Part shown: one piece after another, positions 1 to 11,900 of the stretch
How the letters are laid out: each line of letters starts with the position of its first letter
How positions within the stretch are numbered: position 1 is the first letter of the stretch
NCBI GenBank assembly: GCA_028534125.1
Contig: CM052816.1
Coordinates: 62,498,001-62,562,000, forward strand
From: Lama glama
Taxonomy: Eukaryota
Length of the DNA: 64,000 nucleotides
Direction of reading: 5' to 3'
Translations under genes and position numbers: made by a program
Notes under the pieces: model-generated
What the model saw: only the letters and a program-made list of their open reading frames with translations
What the model was told of the DNA's origin: nothing
Databases searched by the model: none

Positions 1-110
1 TTAAATAATCATCAAAAAATGGGGGTGATAGTAATCACTATCTTATAGGGTTGTAGGAGGATTAAATTAGCTAACACATATAAAGTGCTTAAAATAAGGC
101 ATATACACAT
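1..110 (+). mobile_element. MIR SINE 3' part
   Basis: aaaaatgggggtgatagtaat...atagggttgtaggaggattaaattag...aaagtgctta matches the MIR core/tail. Confidence 0.7.
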
Positions 111-119
111 AGTTATTTT

Positions 120-165
120 TGTGTGTGTGTCTGTGTGTTTGTGTGCGTGCATGTGTGTGTGTGTC
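120..165. repeat. Imperfect (TG)n microsatellite
   Basis: Seen directly. Confidence 0.9.
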
Positions 166-864
166 TATAGGGAATACTCTAACAGGAGTTAATTTAAAAT
201 GAATCTGCTTGATTTCACTGTATACATTCAGAGATAGCCCATAGCACTCTACCTTTCTTACCCATAATATAATATAGTAAATTTTGATGTTCCACTGGGG
301 CATTCTTTTAAACCAGAAAAAGACAAGCTTTTTGGGTTTTGTTTGTTTGTTTTTAGTTTCCTCCTATCTGAGTAGCATATGCTGAACTTTGTACAAACTG
401 CTAGCAACTCCTTTCCTCCCTTCCTCCCTTTTTCTAAAGTCATTGCCATGAAATGCTGGCAGTTCCAGGTCTCACCTGCAACTATCTCAAGAAGAAAAAT
501 GAATACAATAATTAGCTGATATAAAGATGTCTAAGGCCATGATTACCTCTCCTTTTTTTTTTTTAACATTAAGACTTTTACAAATTCTTAGCAAGTTTTG
601 CAAAACTTCCACAAATAAATCTGTAACTATTCACATATCAGAATAGTTACGTGCATTCAAATTACCAAGAAATGGCCAGGGAACTCAATGGGAAGGAAAT
701 ATATTACTTTGTTATATGCCCTCACCTGTGGGCTGCACGTACTTAAACATTTTTTTCCTGATTCCATTTGTGTGTGTCAAAATACCATATTCCCTTTAAG
801 ATTGTTTGACCCAACTGTCCTTTGCTTCATGAAATCTTTGAAAAGCTCCATTAGAATGGATAGA

Positions 865-1503
865 TCTACTAAAACAAGCAAATATAATTATGGGTCAATA
901 TATACAAAAGTCATGGTAACTACAAATCAAAAACCTACAGTAGATACACAAAAACCAAAAAGAAATGAACACAAGTATACTACTAAAGAAAATCATCAAA
1001 CCACAAGGGAAGAAACAAAAAGAAGAAATAAACAAAGAAGAACTATAAAAACAAACAGAAATCAAGCAATAAAAGGCAATAATTATATACCTATCAATAA
1101 TGCTATTACTTAAAATATAAATAGACTAAATTCCCCGATTAAAATACATAAGGTGGTGGATGGGATTTAAAAAAAAACAAGACCCTTCAATATGCTGTCT
1201 ACAAGAGACTCACTTCAGGGCTAAAGACACACAGAGACTGTAAGTGAGAGGATGGAAAAAGACATTTCATGCAAATAGAAATGATAAGCTTTATGATTAA
1301 ATTTAGTAATAGTCGTATCAGACAAAGTAGACTTTAAAACAAAGGCTGTAACAAAAGACATAGAAGGGCATTATATAATGATAAAGGGATCAATATAAGA
1401 AGAGGATACTACACTTGTTAACATATGCACCCATTTCAGGAGCACCTAAGTATATAAAGAGAATACTAACAGACATAAAGGGAAAAACTGATAATAATGC
1501 AAT
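865..1503 (+). mobile_element. L1 fragment: inter-ORF region and degraded ORF2 endonuclease start
   Basis: A-rich strand with remnants of the L1 EN coding region (acaagagactcacttcag, gacaaagtagactttaaaacaaag, gggcattatataatgataaagggatcaat). Confidence 0.85.
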
Positions 1504-1714
1504 CTATGCTCTTAGTTTTCCCAATGTTGGTTACATCACTTTCATGACACTTCATATACTACATCATAGACTGGAGGTCACAAACTTTGTCATTTTGTCT
1601 GTTTGTCTTTAATCTTATATTCCTTCCACTCTTCCTCACCTCCTGCCTAGTGTAGTAGCTCAAGTGGGTGGGTCTTCAGCAAACAGTTCTAGAATGGATA
1701 GATTTATAAATGGC

Positions 1715-1830
1715 TAGAACTAGTATGAAACTTAGAAATCATTTAGTTTAGTTCCTCATTTCAACCATGAAAAGACTGAGGATTAGAAGGCTGAACAATC
1801 TTGCTTAAGATTACACAGCAAGCAAAGAAA
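1715..1830 (-). mobile_element. MIR fragment
   Basis: cctcatttc...gactgaggattagaag...cttgcttaagattacacagcaag resembles antisense MIR core. Confidence 0.6.
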
Positions 1831-1870
1831 GGGGCAAAAAAAGATCTTTCTTGTGTAGCTGTTCATTTTT

Positions 1871-2338
1871 TTAAACATTTTTTATTGAGTTATAGTCAGT
1901 TTACAATATTGTGTCAATTTCCAGTGTAGAGCACAATTTTTCAGTCATACATGAACATACATAGATTCATTGTCACATTCTTTTTTGCTGTGAGCTACCC
2001 CAAGATCTTATATATATTTCCCTGTGCTATACAGTATAAATTTGTTTATCTATTCTACATATGTCTCTCAGTATCTACAAATTTCGAACTCCCAGAGTGT
2101 CCCTTCACACCCACCTCCCCCTTGGCAACCACAAGTTTGTATTCTATGTCTGAGTCTTTTTGTTTTGTATTTATGTTTTTGTTTTTGTTTTTTGTTTTTT
2201 TAGATTCCACATGAGTGATCTCATATGGTATTTTTCTTTCTCTTTCTGGCTTACTTCACTTAGAATGACATTCTCCAGGGACATCCATGTTGCTGCAAAT
2301 GGCATTATGCTGTCATTTTTTATGGCTGAATAGTATTC
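1871..2338 (-). mobile_element. Young 5'-truncated L1 3' end with 12-bp TSD
   Basis: Antisense L1 3'UTR and ORF2 end (ttacttcacttagaatgac, catccatgttgctgcaaatggcatt); TSD ctgttcattttt at 1859-1870 and 2339-2350; same family as 44711-44937. Confidence 0.9.
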
Positions 2339-4530
2339 CTGTTCATTTTTAATTATGATAATTGAAATCTTAGAAGTACTGGTACTTGAGAATTGTAAAT
2401 CTCTAGAACATCTGAAACATTACTTTGGAAGAAGTTGTAGCAAAGCCATTAAGTATCTCTAAATATTATAAATGGGATTCCTATTTAGCCAAACTTGTCA
2501 CTTGATTAGCAGCTTTTTTAGAGAAATAGATAAATTCTGTATTGCATTATATTTATCAGTATTCTTGTACCATATTTGACTTGTAAATTGATTTGGCCAA
2601 TTGACTACTAACAATTGCCAGGTTACTCTGGTAAAATGGAAGTCTCTGACAATTACAGAGAGCTGGGAAACATGTTTCCTCCTCTACAAGACTGCTATCA
2701 CACAAACTGTTAGAGTGAAAATCAGTTTCTCCAACCAAATACTTGTTTTTTATCCAGCAGGCACAAAACATTGAAACACCTTTTTCCTATAAACCCACTA
2801 AAGCCTCTGCTTCTTGTCCTTTTAGGAACTCCAACAAGGACCTTACATATAACATTCATTTTGTGAAAATACAATATTCTGTTAGCAGTATCAGCTAACC
2901 CAGTTGGATTAGGAAACAAAATAAGCATTAAATGGATGAACACAGTATTAAATATAGTTAGAGACCATGGGTGTTACTTTGAAAGTGGTGGCTTGCTGGG
3001 ATCACTAGAGTTTTAGACTTCATCTATGCAGAGACAGAGGTGCCTGTACAATTTTTTTCTAGCCAAAAACGTAGCGTGAATAGCACTTACTCTGCCAGTG
3101 AAATCTTGCTTCCAAAGTTCTTTGTGATATTACATGAACCTTCTAGTGAAGATTAAGATATTGATATCTGAAGGTCTTTTCATAGCCCCAGTCCTGGAGT
3201 GTGGACTCCTAACTACTTCAAATGTTGTAACACCTTAGGTTTTTTGGCTTAAATTTAACTCATACACTTTAGGTAACATCATGTTTATGTATAGAAAAAG
3301 ACTGGAAAGAAGTACATGTAAATATTGACAATGAATGGAATAATGGGGTAATAAGTAATGATAATTTTCTTTATATTTTTTCAATCTTTTATCTTTCTAT
3401 AATACTAATTTTGTAATCAGAAAAAATAATTTATTTGAAAAGCATTTTAGTATTTTCATGGATCACACAGTGTTTTCTATTTCGGTCTTCTTATTCCAAA
3501 ACTATGATCCTAGCTGCCATACAAACTGTCCTGTCCATCCTCTCAGCCTGTCATCTTCAGTCCTCTTAGCCAGCAGGCGAGGAGTCCTGCTGCACCTTTT
3601 CCCTTGGATCATGCTTCACTTTTGTAACACTGAGATTTCTTTCTATTATTCCTTTCTCCTGTGCCTTTGGCAGATGACATTCACTGATCGAGGCACTCTT
3701 TCCCCTGATCCTCTCCTCTCCTCTAGATTATTTCAGTCAGCTATGCCTGATCAGCTGGAATTGGCACGAACAATGAAATCAGCAAAGTCTAAACTAATCT
3801 GGGGACTGAGAGAATCTGGTCATGCTTGGAGCGCCCATGAGGCAGGCCAGCTGGGCTGCTATTTACATGGAGGAGTAAGGAGTTTATTGGAAAGGAGTTA
3901 TTCCAAAGGTAAGAGGGGTCAATATACAACAGTTTGAGTGCAGGACAAGGGGATATTGTTAAAGGAGAAAAGTGGTTTTGAAAGCAGGATGGCATTCGCT
4001 AGTCAGGTTTCCCTTTGCCACAGCCCCATGGCTGAGTCCTAGGGAGCACAAGGCAACGTTCCTTTAAGCTGCACTAATGGAAATGGCTAGTGGTGTTCTC
4101 ACTTGAGCATAATAACATCATCCTAATATGTTACATTTAGGAACTGTCATTTGAATGTGGCTGGAGTTTCTGAACTCTATGGATGGGATCATAGACAGAG
4201 AGAATATAGGTTTGCTATAGTTTTGGGTTTCCTATTATAGTGTCAAATTTGTGTGGTTCATGAGTACATGAATTATGCTCATAAATTATGTGCCTTCATT
4301 ATACAGATTAATAAAAGCAAGGAGAGGTCAAATCTGTTCACACAATAACTTTACCTGCGGAAGAATTGGAAATCCACTGCAACTTTGTTCTTTTCCCACT
4401 GGAACACATCACAACCTATGGACACTTAACAAACAAACGCTCTGAATAAAGCCCTGTATCAGATGCTGGGGACTACCACAATGTAATGAGAAGTACAGAC
4501 CAACTTAGCCCACTAAGATCTACTGATGTG

Positions 4531-5600
4531 GGGGATCAAGATGGTGGAGTGACAGGACGTGGAGCTCACTTCTCCCCACAAACTCATCAAAAATACATCT
4601 ATATATGGAACAATTCTCATGGAAAACTAACTGGAAACTGTCAGAACTCCTAGGCAACCAAGGCTGCAAGAAAGATTCCCATGCAACCGGGTAGGACTGG
4701 AAAAAAATACTGGACATGGACCTGTATTCTTGGGAGGGGTCCAAAAGGAAAAGAAAGACCACACAGGTAGACTCTCACCCTTAAAAGCCACAGACTGAAT
4801 GTCCCAGTCCTGGGTTCCTGTATGGAGGAGACAAGCCCCCTTGGCTGTTGCGAGAAACACTGGGGATAGAAAGGCTGGAGAAGCCAAGATTCCACTCATG
4901 AGGAATGTGAGGGTGCTGGATGGCCAACACACAGGGTGGAGAGAACTCTGCAGTAGTGGCTGCTGTCTGGCCACACTCCTCAGTTTGAGCTGGGTGAACA
5001 CCCTAGCCAAGCTCACTCCACACCATGGCTTCGTACAGGACCTAGGGAAGCCAAGTCCTGGGAAAAAGACTTGATTTAGCGATGCAGAGATGGCCAGGGG
5101 GCCCAGGGAGTGGTTGAGGTTGGGCAACAGTGGCCATTGTTAGTGCTTACTCAAAAGGAGGCAGCCCAGACCAATGGCAGCAATGCAGTCTGCTCAAGCC
5201 CTGGCGATCAACACGCCGTGATCCCCACTCACAGCCAAACAAACATTCTGACCCCATCCACTTCGCACCACATGCAGAAGAATGCACAGGTGATCTTGAT
5301 TAAGAAGATGTGACATATAAATATATGTAATGAATCTATAAATAATACTCTTACTCAGCAGTTAAAAAATGAAATACTGTCATTCGTTGCAATGTGGACA
5401 GAACTAAAGAACATTATTGTGCTCAGTTAAATAAGTCAGACAGATAAAGATAAATACTATATGATATCAATTATACATGGAAGCTAAAAAAATAATACAA
5501 ATAAATGTATATATAAAGCAGAAACAGGTTCATAGACACGGAAAACAAAATTGCAGTTGCCAGAGGGGAGAGGGGAGGGACAAATTAAGGGTATGGGATT

Positions 5601-5643
<43 letters not shown>

Positions 5644-5796
5644 AATCAGCAAACAAGGATTTACTGTATAGCACAGAGAATTATTCTCATTAGCTTGCAA
5701 TAACCTATAATGGAATATAATCTGCAAAAACACTGAATCACTATACTGTACACCTGAAACCAATACAATATTGTAAAGCAACTAAACTTCAATATA
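4531..5796 (+). mobile_element. Internally deleted L1: 5'UTR (4531 to about 5285) joined to ORF2 terminus/3'UTR (about 5286-5796)
   Basis: Starts ggggatcaagatggtggag (L1 5' end with YY1-like aagatgg). Later reads aagaagatgtga...aaataagtcagacagataaag...cacctgaaaccaatacaatattgtaaagcaactaaacttcaat (L1 3' end). Candidate diverged TSD at 4515-4530 and 5797-5812. Confidence 0.8.
5604..5638. repeat. (AT)n microsatellite within the L1 3'UTR
   Basis: Seen directly. Confidence 0.95.
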
Positions 5797-6049
5797 AAAA
5801 TATACAGATCTGATTTGATTGGTAAACTTCAGCTGAGTCCCTGTAGAAGTCAAAAAAATCACTGTGTAGTGTGAATTTTACAAAAAAGACAGACTCTTCT
5901 TCCAATACAATGTTCCTCCTTTATTGAGAGATTAGGCAGTTCCCTTTTCCTCCTTGGCCAACAGAATGTGAAAGAAGGTTACCTATGTGACTAAAGAAAT
6001 TTTCTTATATAACATGATTTGACTCAGGACACACACCTTCGAATCCCTG

Positions 6050-6372
6050 AGAGGCTAGGTAAGAATCCTGGCTACCCTGAAGCTACCATCCTAGAGAGAT
6101 ATGAGAAAGAGCCACAAAGAGACAGAGAGAGAGATACTTAAGAAGCCCTGTTTCTTCCAGACTCTGCTCAGCCCTTCGTAGCTCAGGCCCCTGACTTGCG
6201 AATGAAGGAATATTGGAAGACCCCAGTCCAAGCCACCATCTGACAGTAATCTCATGACCATCTCCAAACCAGAACCACTCAGTCGAGCTGCTCCCAAATT
6301 CCTGATTCACACAAGCTGTGAGATATATTAATACTGTTCTTTAATGCACCAGAGTTCTGAGTGGTTGCACAT
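6050..6372 (+). mobile_element. MaLR (MLT1-type) LTR remnant
   Basis: ccaccatctgacagtaatctcatgac...cccaaattcctgattcacacaagctgtgagata...tgttctttaatgcaccagagttctgagtggttg matches the MLT1 3' half. Confidence 0.7.
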
Positions 6373-7959
6373 CAGGAAAGGTGTGTTCAGTTGCTGCTCC
6401 TGCTTTATAGAGCTGAGGAACCAACAGTGTTTAATCCAAGAGAATTCTTTAGAAAATATAAAACCAATGAACCCATCCATTTCCACTTTATTGCACACAC
6501 ATTTATCTTTGGTTTGTTTTCACTTCTAATAAGCTTTTCACATATTCGCATCAGAAACCATCTGTTACGGTTCTGTGAAGACTGCTGTAAAGATCTCAAT
6601 GTATTGAATGATGACATGTCCAGATCCCTACTTTGGGTGACATGAAGGAGAAAAGGGAACTGAAACCCACTGGCATTTGCTCTTTATTTGCTCAGTTTCT
6701 GACTCCCTGGAGCCTGCATCTTCCGAGCAACTCCAGCTCCCTCCTGGAGTGAGCTGGCTGAGGGTCTGAGATAAACAATGACAGCTGAATCTGAGAAATC
6801 CTACTTCATTTTAAGGCATAAACAATGCAAAGTTAATTCAAATGAATTTACCAGAGGTGTTCAGATAAAAAACAATTGCAGCTGTTTCAAATTCCTTCTC
6901 CTATTTCAGCTTGGTAGGGTTACCTCCTCTTTCTCTTCCTCTTCTGCCTCCTGAACCGAAACCTCCCTAGTTTAAATCCTAGATCAACCATTTGGACGTG
7001 TAACTTAATCTCCATAGATCTTTTTACTCATCCATAAAAAGGGGACAACAGTAACCACTTTTATTTGCTTCATTAGTTAGTTATTGGGTCACTATGTAAC
7101 TATCTCTGTATCATTAACTCTCTGATACTGCAACGTCCTATAGTATAATTTTTGGACTTAAAATAAAGGACTGTGAGTTGATGGGGGATGGCTACCCCAC
7201 TAGACAGTTTTGAAAAGGCCTGGGTTCCGAAACTGTAATCCTTTGAAGAGAACTGCTGGTCTCCTGCCTGGAGGTTGCAGGAGGTCATCCCAGTAGCACA
7301 AAAGCCAGCGGAAGGGCCTTTTCCCTCAGGTTTCTCCCTAACCTTAGCACTCTTCGGCATTGCAGAAGGATGCTCATTTGTTCTGCTTGGTGCATAGGAA
7401 AGAATCAGGTCCATTATTTTCAGGAACTCCAGGGAGGCCCTGCCTGCCAGTGGAAGGCTGAGTGATACATGGTCACTTAAGGCCAGTATTTGTTTCCTTT
7501 GTTCAGGGAATTAGTGCAGTCTGAGGGGAAAAATAGGAAAAGAACTAGAGTGCCAGAGAAGGAGGCGGCATGTACTATTAAATACACTTTATATTATTCG
7601 GTGAAGTACAGCTCTTATATAGAATCCCCCAGTGACAGTGGATTTAAACTGTTTCTCTCTGCCCATTATGCTGAAAGTAATAGAATTGGCAAAAACGTTG
7701 GTGAGACAGTTGAATGAATTTCATGGGCTAAAACACACAGGGAATTTGCAAGAAACAACTTTAGGTAATATGTGATGAAGAAACAATGGTCCAAAGAACT
7801 TTGAAAAGGGGTGTTTCCACCTTTTCTAGCCAAGGCAGCTTTCTTCTGTCACTTCCTGTGATCACTGACTCAGTCACAGGCTGAGAGTCCTGGGGAGAAG
7901 CCCTTCTCATCTTCAGTTCTTTGCACCCTTGGGACACATCCTGTAGGACAAGAACTGCA

Positions 7960-8210
7960 GTGCAGTGCTGGGCAAAGGGCATGTGCTTTGGGATCTTAAG
8001 GCCTGGGCTGCACCCTGGCTCTGCCTTGGCTCTACCTTAGCAGTTGAGTGACAATGAAGAAATCACTTTTTGTTTAAGAGCCTTTAGTTTCTAATTTTAT
8101 TTAAAAAGTCAGGAATAATACTTATCTTACAGGTATCCACTGAGGATTGGAGGAGATAAAATGTGGAAAAGCTTTATGTGCTTTAATATTTAAACAAATG
8201 TTAATTATGA
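7960..8210 (+). mobile_element. MIR SINE
   Basis: cctggctctgcc...ctttagtttc...ataatacttatcttacagg...tgaggattggaggagataaaatgtggaaaagc. Confidence 0.65.
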
Positions 8211-8749
8211 TACCAGCTTTGTTCCATAATTATTGGTCTTTTTGCTCATATTAGATTGAAAGATGCTTGAGGTAAAGATTTTGAGTTTCCCCTAGCTCCT
8301 ATCATAATATTTGGCATAAAATAGGTGTTCAAAAAGTTTTTGAGGAAGGAATCCCTGAGTGAATAATGAACTGTTTTGGAAGCAGTCTCTCAATTATATA
8401 ATCCTTCTGTCTGAATAACAGGAGAATTCAGAGTATCACAGATTAAACTTTGAGCCTCTTTTGCAGTAATCATTGTTTAGAAGAAATTTCTTTAAAAATC
8501 AGCACATACGATAACCTCCAGTCAGCTCTGTGACTCAGGCTCTCTGGGACATATTTATGACTGAGTAAAATTCCTGCTGATAAATTTACCCTGGGCTTTG
8601 CTGATGTGCAAATGCAGATATAAAAGTTTAGGGGGTAGTTTTGTAAGAATTAGGATGCAAATGTCTGGGATAATTGGGAACATGATCATTTTCTTTTCAG
8701 TGCTTCACTGTGAAGTGTGGCCCAGGAAATCCATTCTTATCATTTAGAG

Positions 8750-8937
8750 CAGGGATTCTCAAAGTCTGGTGCCTGGACCAGCAGCATCACCTTCTCCTGG
8801 AAAACTGTTAGAAATGCAGGTTCTTGGGCTCCACCTCAGATCTACTGTATCAGAAACCCTCAAGCTGGGGCCCAGGAATACGGATATTAAGAAGTCCTCC
8901 AGGGCATTCTGATGTACTCAAAAGTTTGAGACCCTGA
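8750..8937. mobile_element. MER5A-like hAT-Charlie DNA transposon
   Basis: cagggattctcaaagt...ggaccagcagcatc...gttagaaatgcag...aaagtttgagaccctg with imperfect terminal inverted repeats. Confidence 0.85.
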
Positions 8938-11900
8938 CAGAGTATTGGGATTAAGAAGAGAAAACCAAAGAGAAGACAAAAAAGCAACAGTTTATCAGTT
9001 TTTAATAGTACTAGATTTTAAAGTGTTTTAAAGGTTGCCAAATCTGTTATTCTAAAAGGGCCCCTTCTTTCCAGATAAGGAAACTGAGTCACAGACATTA
9101 TAGGTAACCTGCTCCAGACGAGGTCAGCTGGAGAGAGCTGCATCCCTACCCATCAGGGTTCTTTCTCCAAGGTGACTGGCTCTCTCATCTGGCAAACTCA
9201 TTAAAGCTCACCTGAGCTCCTGGGTGGTAGGCTGGACAGGCAGAGCAATTACTGAAATGGGTCTCTCTCATGGTGGGAATTTGAGGTACTGTGGAGGGTT
9301 GGTTGGGGAGGCAGAACTGACTTTTTAGGGTCCTTCACATCACACCATGGACAAAGTCACTGACTTCTACACAGAAAGGATGACATGACTTTGGCTTCAG
9401 TGAGGTCAGCCCATTTTGGACCAGTTATAAAATCTGAGTTGTTTCCCTAGCAGTGCAAATTGAGCTGGCCTCAGGATTCTGAGACTTTGCAAAACCCAGT
9501 CAGAAACTAGAGCTAACACTATTGACCCGTTTTCCCCCTCCACCAAGCAAAAAGCTCTGGTGAGCATGTATTTCATTCACGGCGAGGCCACAAAGAAATG
9601 ACAGAACTTAGGGACTTCATGGCCATTTCATCTACAAAGATCTCAAGCCGGACTGTTACTTGATGAGAAATTGTGTGCACCGGTGCCAAATAAAGTGTCA
9701 TGCTATCACTGAAGAAACAGGCCCATTTTATTTTGTTCTTTTTTCATGCTTGAGTCCATACTGCCCTAGCCAACAACGACTGCTTCACAATGCTGTGGGG
9801 CTGCTGTGAACGATAATTGCTCGTCTGTTTTCCCTGTAATTGTTTTACTGCCTGCCTTTGCTCTGTTGTACTACTAATATGTTGTTGCCTGTGTTTTGAA
9901 AGGATATTAAATACTAAAACCCTAAAGAATTATATTTGGTTCTTCTGTGGAAACTGACAATGCTAATGAAGCCTGGGAGCCCGGTCCCACCTGCAGTCTA
10001 ACTGCATTGCTTACTATACTTGGAGGCCACAATTTCAGTCCTGCTCCTGCCTTCCACTGACCTTCCTCCAACAGCCTGCAAGTTACCAGTCTTTTTTACA
10101 TTTATCTTATACCTCTAACCCGCTCACTGAAATAAGAGTCTGAAATTTGCTTGCCTCAAAAGTTTTTTTTTCCTAAATTGGGAAAAGACTGAGGAAGTTT
10201 TCATTTTCTACTATTTTCCTAATAGAATATAATCTTCTTAAAGTTAGGTATCATGTTTTGTATATTCCCAGATCTCCCACTATACCATATGGTGTCAGGC
10301 TAAATAGGAAACGGCTAGACATATCACTTAAATTAAGTTCCTCATTACACTAGTCGCCCGGAAAGCGAAGTGGAAGTAGATGGAAAAGACAACCAAAGCC
10401 AGGGTGTAGCAGCTCACCTTCCTCCTCTTGGCCTGCTCCATTTGTAGAAACACACACACGTACGTACCGCACACAGCACTCAACAGCTACAAGGCGAGGG
10501 CATGGCGCACATTTGGAACAGAGCCTGCACTGAGCTGAGACTCTGCGTGTGCACAGGTGCGCCTGTGGGCTGCCTGCCTGCAGAGCCCACTGTCAACTTC
10601 CGCACAGGGGACATAAATTCCTCACCACCGGGGAGCACAGCTGGCTCTACTGGAGGCTTTTAGGTCATCGTACCATGGGTAACAAGGGCGGTCTTGGGGC
10701 TGCAACAAACTATGGTTGTGCCACTGAGAGGAATGTGGAGGACTTAGTGAGAAGGCAGAGATGCGGGCAGTCCCAGGAATGTAGGTCTGGGGTGAAGGTT
10801 AAGGGTGACAGATAGGTACTGCAGACCCAGAGGAAAGTCAGAGTCAGATGACTGGGAAAATGGAACAATAAATAAGAGGATAAAACAGAGCATTCCAGAT
10901 CTAAGACAGAGAGTCTGTGAGTGCCTCCATTCCGGAGACCTCATAGGCTGGCCCCTGCTGCCCAAAACGGCACAAATGATCTGCAAGGTTGCCTTCACTT
11001 CATCAGAATGGCCTTGGAAGTAGTGACCATTGAAGGGGAGGGGAGGAAACTCGGAAACCGAGATGAATCAAAGGTAACCAAGAAACTATATGGCCTTAGA
11101 GAGTGTGTGGACTTTGGGGGAAATTGTTTTAGATATGATAATTAAGTGGTTGGGAGTTAAAGAATGGAGTAGTGATTAATGGAAGCATTTATCAGCTGAG
11201 GTGACTGACTCGGGTTGGCAGCCTGGGCACATAGAACATGACAAGGAATAAACTGTTAAGTCTCGAAATATATGTCTTTTATGATTGAAAATAACTGGAA
11301 AATGAGGTTGGCTCTTAGGAAGCTGGGGAAACCTGAGTCCTCAAGGGTGAGAAGTCCTCCAAACACACACCTATAGGGGAGGTCAACCTTGCCAACAGTG
11401 CCTTCTCAGCTCCTTTTACTATAGCCTAGTCCCTTTCTTGGGGCCTTCTTGGGAGACCTGGCCTTTGTGATACCCACTGAGGGTACAAAGCCCCTCAGGA
11501 ATGTCCCTCGGGAGGACAGGGTTGCAAGCTCCAAAATCTTCCATCTCTCACCCTTGTTCCCTCACAGTTTCCCTCCCAAGTCTTGTTGAGAGATAAATGA
11601 CAGTTTGGTAGGAAGTGTGGGTAGAGAATTATTTCAGGCACTGAATTTTGCATGGAAAGTATATAGTCATAACTAATGATGCACAGGTTCCAACAGAGTG
11701 GAACAGGCCAGCACAGTAAGACAAACAGAACAAAGCTTTACTTTTCCAACTTGGCAATTGCTTACCATTCTGTGTGAGAATCTCGGCAGCAAGATTCTGC
11801 ATAAGCAAGGAAGACAATTATCTCTGAGGACGTTTCTAGGAGTGCAGGTTAGTCTTCTTTGCCCAAGTGTATTACTCCCATTAATCTGTCAAAGCATCTG

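Noticed and set aside
688..1113. 141-aa ORF
   Set aside because: The 3' half is A-rich L1 inter-ORF sequence; no gene-like features.
3458..3937. 159-aa ORF
   Set aside because: No recognisable domain or exon structure; consistent with a chance ORF.
4520..5313. Cluster of overlapping ORFs
   Set aside because: All lie in the GC-richer L1 5'UTR; none resembles a known protein.
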